Source: Oikopleura dioica (lineage: Eukaryota; Animalia; Chordata). From it: a stretch of 64,000 nt of DNA. Of this stretch, positions 1-13,600 are shown one piece after another. How positions within the stretch are numbered: the first letter of the stretch is position 1; each line of letters starts with the position of its first letter. A model generated the notes under the pieces. That model ran no database searches, was not told the origin of the DNA, and was given only the letters and a program-made list of their open reading frames with translations. Made by a program: the position numbers and the translations under genes. The stretch is taken from positions 13,950,001-14,014,000 of the forward strand of contig OU015567.1 in the NCBI GenBank assembly GCA_907165135.1, in the 5' to 3' direction.

Positions 1-35
1 GATGATTGTGGTGGCTTCGGTCTCTATCTCGATCG

Positions 36-746
36 TCAGATAACTGAATGAGATGAAAATTTAGAAGAAGGAAAGGAACCTACGCGAACATTGCTCAGCA
101 TGGATCGCAATCCTTCGCTCATAATGTTCGCCATCTTTTCTTTGCTCTCGGGGCTGAGCAAATCGCTGTAAAACCATGGCAATTTATTCTCAATGTTGAA
201 GGAAGATGACGAGTCAGCTCCATTGCTAACGAGAATTTCAGCCAACCCATGTTGTCCGTACTAAAAAATGATCAAAACAAAGAAGATAGAGGGTGATCTT
301 ACTTTTGCTGCATAATGTAGCGGCGTTTCTCGACGGTCATCAGTCGCATTTACACTGACGCCTTTGTTAATCAATTCCCTTGCTACTGAACACATCTGAC
401 TGGAAGTCATCTTCGACAGAGAAACTTCGTGCAAATATCTAAACAATTGCGTGTCAAAATCTAGAGCTTTAAAGCTAGCTTACGACGTAAGCCTTACGTT
501 CTACTGTGATCACCACGATCTGCTACGCTGAAACGGTCGCTTTTCAAAAAGGGCATGACGGCTTCGTAGTCGCTTGCTTGTATCGCATCTCTCAACGATA
601 CGTACGGGCGGTTTGGAAACTCTTGTTCGACCTGCTCAAGAACGCTCACGAAAAAAGCAGAATTGTACGATTCAAACCTGTCTTTCTTCAGGTCCAAACA
701 GCCCTTCTTTTTCAGCATGATTGACGACTTCGTCCAACTCACTCAT
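36..746 (-). CDS. Ankyrin-repeat protein (multi-exon; 3' end uncertain)
   Basis: ATG at 746 (MSELDEVVNH). Exons encode ARELINKGVSVNATDDRRETPLHYAAK and HGLAEILVSNGAD, which are typical ankyrin-repeat motifs, and are separated by GT-AG introns. Confidence 0.7.
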
Positions 747-810
747 TCGATTGAAATTTTTCTCGAAACAATCTTAACAATATAGAACTCGCAAAAATTC
801 GTTGAAAATC

Positions 811-2442
811 CTAAAGAAGCATTTTATATCTAACTTGAAAGCTCCTGAACTTTTTGTTGAGCCAAGAACAATACGGAACAAACCAGTGAAGAAATGGGTT
901 ATGAAGTAAAAGATGATCTTCGGGTAAACTCATGCGTTCAACAGAAACTGTCGGATCGAGAACATATCGACCATTTTTGTGGTAAGTTATTTTGGTGACA
1001 AGTTCTGAAGAAGCGCCTTCTTCCAACAAGGATTGATGGAGATCAAAACAAATTAAAGAAGCTTCGCTTTCGGCTTTACAAGTGCTTGGATCATCGGGAT
1101 TAACTGACGTCGTTGTTCTGCCAAACTTGAGAATAACTCTGTCTGGGTAGTGGATGAACTTGTGGCTGGTTAGCTTGACGTTACGAACAGAAGCACCGAA
1201 GTATTGCGAGTTTATGTCGAGTATTTTCTTTCCAGCTGTAAACAAATACTCATCGTCGACATATTTTATGTCCTGCGACATAAGACCTACAAAAGAGGCG
1301 GATAACATGAGGAAAAACAACAGCAAACTACCTAAGTCCGCATCGTTTTTCTGGTATAAGGCGAAACGCAGCGCTAATGACTCGATCGCTTTTCTCTTCG
1401 CTATCGTTCTTGCTTGCAAAAGTCTACCTTCAGTAAGCCCCGTTTCACTACTTTCATCATGATTCCACCAGGGCGTGTCGTACTCGCTCAATTCAATCGC
1501 AAGCTGGCTCTGAAGATCCTTCTCGAAGTCTTCTGCGTAATTAACCTCATTTCGAATGCCAGAAAAAAGTATGATCCAGAAGACGGAACAAACAAAAATC
1601 TGGATCAAGGCGCGGGGAAACTCGTAAAACACGTAAAACGGGTCGCCTTTCTTGACGTTTGTCCAAACGGGGTTGTTTTGGACGGTGTCCATTTCGGGGA
1701 CAATGTATTTGTCGACAACAGCCGACAAGTTCACAAGTTTAACCTTCATTCCTGAAGCTTTGAATGAACACCAAATACGGGTTAAACAAAAGCTAACCTT
1801 CAATAGGGCTAAACAGCGTTTTTTCGCCACTTGAATTGAGCCCGACATGTTTTTCTTCGAGCAAAACCCAGCAATTATCATACAATCGGATGAGATCATG
1901 AAGGGCGATTTTCTCTTGACCTTTCGCGAACATATCTGTGAAAACGCGCTGCTCTCGTTTTGTCAGCTGATTGTGAAAGATCGTCCCTGGTCGGAAAAGA
2001 TACGAGTAGCATCGTTTCAGGAACTGTATTCGATTCCAGTAACCGAAAGTCAGCCTCATTTCTACGACTTTGACTCCGACAGCCAACGCATTCAGATTAT
2101 CAACATTACCTCGTGTATCCAAGCGCTGAAATGCTTATTTTTTAGTCTAAGAGGCACTTGGAGTCAGTTTACTTTGAGGACGGACCCTTTCTGGGCGATT
2201 TTTCTAAGATCGTTTGCTGTGAGCTTATTTCCCATTTCAATCACTCTAGCGTCTGTTTTTCTCCCCGTAGCAGTTTCAATCTTGTCCTTCATTTTTTCTG
2301 TGAATTCGAAGACCTTCTCCGTGGATCCAGTGAGCTTATTTGGCATACATTCGAAGCGAAAGGCATCTTGGAACGGAATCAAACGATCATAGAGGAACTT
2401 GTCCATCATTCGAGGGAGAAACTTTCCCCTGAGCCGATACAT
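811..2442 (-). CDS. Uncharacterised multi-exon membrane protein
   Basis: ORFs 2164-2442, 1793-2122 and 811-1899 are co-oriented. The ATG at 2442 follows TTATTTCAG-ACG. There are two hydrophobic segments (LIQIFVCSVFWIILFSG; LLLFFLMLSASFVGL). No family recognised. Confidence 0.5.
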
Positions 2443-2539
2443 CGTCTGAAATAACGAAGGGCAATGAAGGGGTTTTGTACATTAGTGGATAACTGGAGCT
2501 GATAACTGGATATCTGTATTTTTGGACTACAGTCAGGCC

Positions 2540-3660
2540 CTAGCCGGAGCGACAGCCGAAGTGATACGGATGAAAAGTGACAAAGTCTCTCCAAGTCGGC
2601 GGATAGCCTTCCACAAGATGACGTCGACAGCGCATACAATTCGCGTGAAACAACGTTTTGTAAGACCTAAAACAAAGAATGTAGATATTTCGCAATAAGA
2701 AGCAGCATTTACTTGAGCCAAAGCAGGAACTTGCGAAATGATTCTTCGTCGGTAAGTGAACTGAAGGAATAGAAGATCAAGGACGCCTGAGCGTGTTGGT
2801 CTATGAGTTTCATGGTGTCGAGGGCTGTCTCGACGGTGACGTCAACTTCATCGATGCTCTCGTCCTCGTAGATGCCCTTGATGATGACGCGCTCAATATG
2901 AATGTGGCGCAAGATGATGTGGCAGTTGAGCGTTCGGCGAACTGTGATTGACATGAGGCGTGTGTTGCCGAACATTTCGCGCACTTGGATTTTGAGATCC
3001 TGGCCTATATTCGGAATGTGAAGAAGCTGGGCGAGATGTTGCTTGAAGGCTTGGGGGTTTTCGATCACCACCCGCGGTGGGCGAGTGCGTTTCATCCCCC
3101 CGCCAGGCTGAAGAACGCGATTCGTCGTCGACCGTTTTCGGGAATTCAGTTTCGTGTATGTTTCCAGGAGTCTATGGAAATCTAAAAACTGGTTAAACTT
3201 GAGAAACGACCGTCCATTTGACCTTTGAACGCGTTGAACTGCTGAAATACTGGCGCATACTCGAGAGCCATCTTGTTTGTGGCTTCACTATCGTCCAACA
3301 TCAATGCCCCCAGCGGGCCTAAGGGTTGTACAGCCGTTGGAAATCTGTCCTTTGGAATCTTTTGAACTTTGTTGAGAAGAGCAGTGAAGTTTTCACCCAA
3401 TGAGTCCAGCTTCTCTTGTACCGTCGCAATGAATTTTTCCTGGTTGACCTGTTCCCCTTCTTTCACCAAACTCCCTTCACTCTAGAATCCATTTTTATCC
3501 TCGATTACCCACACTGTGACAACGGTCTTACCAAAGTACCAAACAACGAGTCTGCTGAGTGCCTCAAAAGCTGAATTTTCTGGAGACTTTCCATCAGCGG
3601 CGACACTAGCTCCTCTAACTCCTGTTTCAACCTCGAGTGCACCTGTACAACATTCGCCAT
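2540..3660 (-). CDS. MED27: Mediator subunit 27 paralogue (divergent copy b)
   Basis: Hand-spliced exons give MANVVQVHSRLK..EKFIATVQEKLDSL..HIILRHIHIERVIIKG..FLLWLK|SYKTLFHANCMRCRRHLVEGYPPTWRDFVTFHPYHFGC*. This matches the MED27 C-terminal CxxC..PPTWRDF..H..C motif. Confidence 0.8.
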
Positions 3661-3801
3661 TCTAGTCAATAAAAATGATGAGAAAAATTTCAGAAGAGAG
3701 AACGAGCGGTGTTGGTCCATGTCACCAGAATTGTCAATGTTGTATGAATATTTTTTCGAAAGGGAGAAGCTTTTTGAAACATGTGAAGAGAAACATGAGG
3801 A

Positions 3802-6949
<3,148 letters not shown>

Positions 6950-7049
6950 TCTTATTTGGTCATATATTGAAAAACAGATCGTTTTTTTATGTTTTTATTC
7001 GAAGGGAAAGTCTTGCTAAATAAATATTTTCACAGGTTTCGACTTAGAT

Positions 7050-7521
7050 TTAGTAGTAGACGTAGACGACGATGAGGAAGGAGAGGGTGAAGAGGACGTG
7101 AATGTCCTGGAAGATCGCCTCTCCGATCTGCTCGTGTCTGTAAATATTGGAATCTCCGAACATAAAGTAACCACAGAAGAGAGCAAGAGCTGGAATGACC
7201 CACATCATCAAGTCACCGATGGTCGTAAAGCAGAGAGTCATGAAAGCAGCCATGCCACCGAGGGAACCGAAAAGAATGATGAGCTTGGAAACACCGACGG
7301 TTCCACCACCCCAGGATCTTTGAGCCACGGTCTAAACAATTTTAGCGACGGAGAGAATGGAGAAGGGTTTTACGTTAACAGTCTGTCGGGCGAGAAGGGT
7401 GCGAGTAGCCGACATAGTGGGAACCTATTGATAAAAATTGAAGTCATCGGAATCAAAAATTATTTACTCGAGTAGCGGCTCGGAGAGGGCATCTTGCAGC
7501 GGCCAAACGAAGTCCAATCAT
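7050..7521 (-). CDS. Small, probably mitochondrial, multi-pass membrane protein (3 exons)
   Basis: The spliced N-terminus MIGLRLAAARCPLRAATR|VPTMSATRTLLARQTVN|TVAQRSW is Arg-rich and has no acidic residues, like a presequence. About three hydrophobic helices follow. Confidence 0.6.
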
Positions 7522-7658
7522 TCTAAAAATGCAGCGAGATAAATTAAAATGATTAAGATTAGAGCAGTTTTAGTTATTTATTTCAGGACTTGACTACTTT
7601 GCTGGACAGAAATTTTCCTAGATTGGTACTTTTCAAAACACACACAAGATTGATATTT

Positions 7659-10600
7659 TTACATCTTGTGGAGCGTTTTAATACCGAGAATTTTAAAAGC
7701 GGCTTCCATTACGCTCGCAGTGGCACTTGCGAGAATGAGTCTGCCTACTTTGATCTCTTCTTTTCCATCTTTCTTTTCAATAATGTAGCACTTGTCGTAA
7801 AACTGCGAAAAGGCGTTTGACAGTTCGTACATCCACTCGCAAATCGGGTGAATGAGGAGATCACGCTGAGCCTGCGTCAGGATCTCATGGAACCTAAGGA
7901 TCGTTTTCGCCAATTTGAACTCTCTTGGGTCGGCCAAATCAAAGGCACCGCTGGCAGCGACCTTTTTGATTTCTTCTTCGGTGATTTTTCCTTCAACTTT
8001 TCTGTTTACAGATCGAATTCGTGTCAACTGGTACAATAAATAAGCTGCAGTGTTTCCTCTGATATCCAGCATTTGATCGAAGCTGAAAACATAGTCATTC
8101 TTTCTGTTGGACTTGAGATCTGCGTATTTGATGCATCCGTAGGCAACAGCGTCGGCAGCGTCCTTCATCTCCTGCTCGTTCAATTCTTCTTGTCGTCCAC
8201 GTTCGAGGAGCTGCTCATTAGCTCGCTTGACTCCCTCGTCCAACAAGTCCACGAGACGAACTGTCTCACCAGATCGAGTCTTGAACTTTTTCTTATCTTC
8301 TCCGAGAACAACGCCGAATCCAGCATGCTCGATTCTAGTCTTCGCCGCATCGTAGAATCCAGCCTTGGAGGCAGCGGCGAACACCTGTCTGAAATGCAGC
8401 TCCTGGCCCATATCAGTGACGTAAATCAGGATATCGCCCTTCACGTCGTGCACACGGTAGTTCAAAGCTGCCAGATCGGAGGTGTCATATGTGTAACCGC
8501 CTCCGGTCTAAAAATAGCGTCAGTACAGGAAGCGGGCTGTAAAAAAGTACCTTGACAACTGTGAGAGGGATCTCGATACCAGGAGCCCACATGATGTATC
8601 TTCCATCATCGAATTCCAACAAATTGCGCTTTTTCAACTGATCCACGACTGCATTCATTTTATCCTAATTAGAGTCGATTCGATTCCAAGACTCGTTAAT
8701 GTCAAATTTTACCTGGTAAAAGCTCTCCCCAACTTCCTTGAGTCCCTTAATTTGAAGTCGGTCATACACCTTCTGGAACTCAATCCTTGACACTTCGCAA
8801 ATCGCTTGCCAGGCCTTGTGAATTGCAGGCTCATGGCTTTGAAGTTTGACAACATTTTCATAAGCGCGCTTTTTGAACTCTTCATCGTCATCAAATCGCT
8901 AGAAAAATATTGAACTTTGACCCTTCGGCAAGTCTACCTTTTTCGATTCTTTGTAGAATTTCTGTAGGTCTGAGATTCTTGGAACGTTCTTATCGTAGTC
9001 TGGAAATAGGTCTATCAGGTGAGCGATGAGCATGCCGAATTGAGTGCCCCAATCACCGACGTGGTTGATTCTTTCGACGTTGTAGCCGTACGCTTCGAAG
9101 AGATTCGCGATTGAATCACCGATGATGGTCGATCTCAAGTGGCCAACATGCATTTCTTTAGCGATGTTAGGACTAGAAGAATGATCTTATCAGACAATGA
9201 ACCATTTTTACCTTGAGTAGTCAACAACAACTTTACGTCCTTGCGACTTCGATTTATCGTACTGCACGCCGACATTATTAAGTTCTCCAATACGGTTAAC
9301 CATGTACTTTTGGCAGATGAAGACGTTGATAAAGCCAGGGCCGGCGATAGTCGACTCTTTGATCAGGTCGTTCGAGGGGATGTTATCAACAATTTTCTTG
9401 GCAACATCTCTTGGAGCAATTTTCTCGCCGGCGTCTTCAATAGAATTATTTTCGATGTGAAAAGGTTAATGCGTACCTTTGAGAATACCAGCGATTTGCA
9501 TTGAGCTATTACACTGATAGTCACCGAACTTCTCTTGCTTTGGTGATGTTGGATTAACCGCGGCCTTCATAAAGGGGACATTTGGGAAAGCACCAGCAAT
9601 AGCAACAGTGAAGATGGAAACAAGAGTGTCGAGTATCGAAGAGCTCATTTCAACTAAAAGGAGTCAGTACAACTAAAAAGTGGGAGTTTTTACCTTCGAG
9701 CGGCTTCAGATTCGACCTTTCTTCGGCGATCGCCTTATAAGGTTCCCCCTTGCCCCGCCCAGACTCCCGTTGACCATCGGTGGTCCGGAGACCAACTGCG
9801 ATGGAAAGCGGCGCGGGCTTGACAAGGCCTGATATATGTATCACTCCTCAAACTACTCCACACTAATCATAAACAACTGGAAACACATCTCGAGTCAAAG
9901 TATAAGCATTTATTACAGTCTCTCGGCGAAGGTACAGTGGCAAAAATCTCTTTAGAACTGACCTTAAGTTTTCTTGGTTTGCTGTTGCGTCTGTGACTGC
10001 AATTTGGCGAGTGAGGGATATTTGAAAAGTTGCGCGGAGCTGGGCCCGAGGCTCGTGGGCGGCGAGGTGATAAGAATTGCGAGCCTATAGGGCTCGAGGC
10101 GGGGGCGGTGGAAGAGAGGCTTTTGGTTCGGACGAGGGGAGAACCTTACAGTTGCTCCCAGCCGATTCTCCACCGTTGACGTCGTCGGCTTCGCTGGACC
10201 AGAAGAGTCTGCCTAAGTTGTCGGCCTTGGCTTCGGCGCTGCGGCGCCAGGCGATCATCTGTCGAGCAGCCATTTCTCGTCTGGGTCCACGGGCGAGTTT
10301 GCACATCTGATCCACCAACTTCAGGCCTTCCGGTGACTTGAAGAACGCTATGTTTCCTCGATCAATCTTTCTCTTCGTAGCAAGTTTGGTGATGGTCTCC
10401 AGCATTTCCAGGCATTGAAATGTCGCACGGTTTTTCATCACTGGAGTCATCGGAGCTAGCGGTCGTAGATTTCCGTGTCGGTTCTGCACCTTCTGTCGCT
10501 GAAGTTTTCTGTGTTTCTTCGAGTGCCGAGCATTTTTCTTTTGCTTTTTCTTCTTGACGAGCTCGTTGAACTCCGCGTCATCGTCATCAATCCAAATGCT

Positions 10601-13600
10601 GCTCTCGTTCCGGCGATCAGTAGGTCGAGCGAAAGGAGTGGATTGGGAGATCGGGACGAGTTGGTTGATGAGATCGGAGGTTGACTCGTTGTTGGCGGCA
10701 GCGTCGAAGATGGCATTGACGACATCGGCAGAGACCATGACATCGGTGGGACCAGAGGCAACTGTGGAGACGACTTCTTCGTCGATCACCAGGGGAGTTG
10801 AGCAGTCCATGTCGATGTCGGGACCAGCATCGATGTTGTCCACGGCGCACTTGGCAGGGTTGACATCGGCGTCGTTGTTGACTTCAACGTTGTCGACGGC
10901 CAAATCATCGGAGACGGTCCTGGGGACATCGGGATCAGCGTTGGCGACCTCGGCACCGTTGATGATGTCGGGATCGGGCTTGTCGGAATGGGCTTTTTCC
11001 AGCATTTCGGCGATTGCTCTTTTGCGAAGGTACTGGTACATTCCAGGTTGAGTTTGCGCGAGTTTTGCGAGTCGCATCTGTAAAAGGGTTAGTATCTAAG
11101 GATCCTAAGGGGCAAGTATCGACTAATTAATCTTTTTTATGACGACCTTGCTTCTTTTTTACGAGTTTCTAACGAGTTCTAGCGGTACACGTTGGTTTTG
11201 AAAAGCGCTCTAAGACCAAAAACACGTTGGAAATGGGGCGAAAATTCACGTTTAGGGGGTTCACACGATTTGTACAGAGTATCCTGCTCCCAACTCGATA
11301 AACGTGAGTGAGCATGGACCTTCGATTACTCGAAGGGGCTTTTTTTAGGAAGTTTTCTTTTGACGAATACGGGCTGACGCGCGTGTTGAAGGTCTGTTCA
11401 AGTCGAACTGAAGTTTCTTCGCAAGTTCTTCTGAAGCAGTCCTTTCTTCGTCTTCGAGTCTTACTCGAGCGCGAGTGACTTTCGGAGCAACGGGTGCTCG
11501 TGCTTTGTGAGATTTTGAGTTAGGCGGCGTGAACGCAATTGACATCGGCGTTCCGAAGTTCTCTTCTTCGGGCGGTGATTCGTTCACTGGAGTAGAGGGT
11601 CGGGTCGGGCGGGCTGCATCTGCAGTTCCATCGGAGTTGGGTCCATCATCATTGTTGGTGAGTTCAGCATCCGGTTCAGGGCTGTCTTGATCAGGGACAG
11701 GGTCTTTACCAGCGGCGTTGAGCTCATCTCCATTGTTGGGTCCAACGGTTTCATCTTCGAATTGACGAATGTCTCTTGGCGGTGGCTGACTTAGCTTAAC
11801 TGGAGGATCAGTAGTGTTATCCACTCCAGTTCTGGCAAGAGGTATCTTCAAATCTGGAAACGGTGGTAGTGGACCAAGGTGCTCCCGGCGTGGTTGAACT
11901 GGTTGAACTTGGCTTCTGTGGATGAAATCGGTCTTGCCGTCGTCATCGATGATTTGGACGACGGATCCATTTGAACGTAGAACCTTGTAGGGGCCAATCC
12001 AGCGCATTTTCGAGCGCTTTCCGGTAGCAGACAATGGACGATAGATGAGGACGCTAGAACCAGCTTCGATGTCGGATGCAACTATGGCGGGGTTGTCATT
12101 TCGTTGACGGGCCTCGTCCGCCTTTTGTTGACATTCGCTTACTCTATCGTAGAGGAGTTTTCGTTCTTTAGCTTTTTGTTCGACGTACTCAGCAGGGGTT
12201 GACTCCTCGCTGTTGTCGACGGCGTCGAACTCGCTGAGATCTGGTTTGACTCCAAAAACCATCTCGAAGGGAGATATTTTCGTTGCAGCATTCGGCAACG
12301 AGTTAAGTATTCTGACCACTTCTGGTAAACAATCGGCCCAGTCTTTGTTGAGACTGTGTACAGCGACGAAGACGCTGTCCTTGATGACTCGGTGTTGTAC
12401 CTCCAGCGCTCCACAGCTTTCTGGATGGTAGGCACAATGTAATCTCCATTCAATTTTGTGTTCCTTAGCGAATTCTTCATTCATCGCTGAAGTGAAGTGA
12501 GTACCCCGATCACTTGAAATAGTCGAAGGTCGAGGGAAAGTAGAAAGTAGTTTGTCTTTCAGCGCGTTGACGGCGTCAATGGCGCGGTGTTTTCGAGTCG
12601 GTACTACAATGAGGAATCGCGAGAAAGTACAAAGGATCGTTAGACAATGGCGGAATCCAGCTTTACTCGGAGGCATGTCGATGAAGTCGACGAGAACTTT
12701 GTCGAAGATTTTCTTTCCTCTGACCGTAGAGCGTATTTTTGGCTTGTGACTTTGACCTCGGCCACCTTTGCGATGCGCGCAAGGGCAGCTGTTTACGTAG
12801 TTTTCAATGTCGTTCTTGCGCTGAGGCCAAGTCAGGTGAGATGTCAATTCAAGTACTCGTTTTGCTCCCGCATGGGCGCAACGGTCGTGGTAGGAATTGA
12901 GAACTTCGCGTCGCATCGACATCGGAATAAAGATTTTTCCAGCGACAGAGAGAGCGCCGGTGGATTCGCATTTCGTAATCTGATTTCGACGTTGGAAAAG
13001 CCATTTCGATTCCTCGCATTTCTCGTCTTTTTGCGGTGAATAATTGTATTCGATTGCTTCCATTATTTTCGAAAGAACTGGATCGTCGAACTGGGCGGAG
13101 GCGATTTTCGTAAGCATGTTGAGAGACAGGGAAGGATTGCTCAGACTGAGTACTGCGACGAAGTCTTCTGGCGTAGTGAAATCGTCGCCGTTGAGCTTGT
13201 TGATGGGAGGGTTCCCTGGCTTGACCCAGGACGGAATGTAAATTCGGAACTGGTGAAAATCGACAAATCGGCCGGCAAGCTCATCACTCTTGGCATTCTT
13301 GGCATTTAAGTTGTAGTCGAGTCCAGCAGGTCGAGAGAGAAAATCAGCGACAGCATTCTCATCGCCTGGGATGTATTCGACAACGAAATCGTAAACGCTC
13401 AGTATGTTTGCCCATCTGCTGCATTTGTCGTTTTTGGGCAGCTTTGAATCGAGAAAAGTGAGTGCTTGATGATCCGTTCTGACGACGAAGCTGACACCTC
13501 GTAGTAACATTTTGCAATCTTCAATGGCCCAAATCACTGCCAGGGCTTCGCGTTCGGTTGTACTGTAATTCATCTGAGCTTGGTTGAGTGTTTTGGAGTT

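Noticed and set aside
10151-10170. Polypurine tract before the 3' LTR
   Set aside because: It is interrupted by several pyrimidines, so it is not supportable as a canonical PPT.
10085-11077. Calling ORF3 an envelope gene
   Set aside because: The position fits, but no signal peptide, furin/fusion segment or TM anchor is visible.
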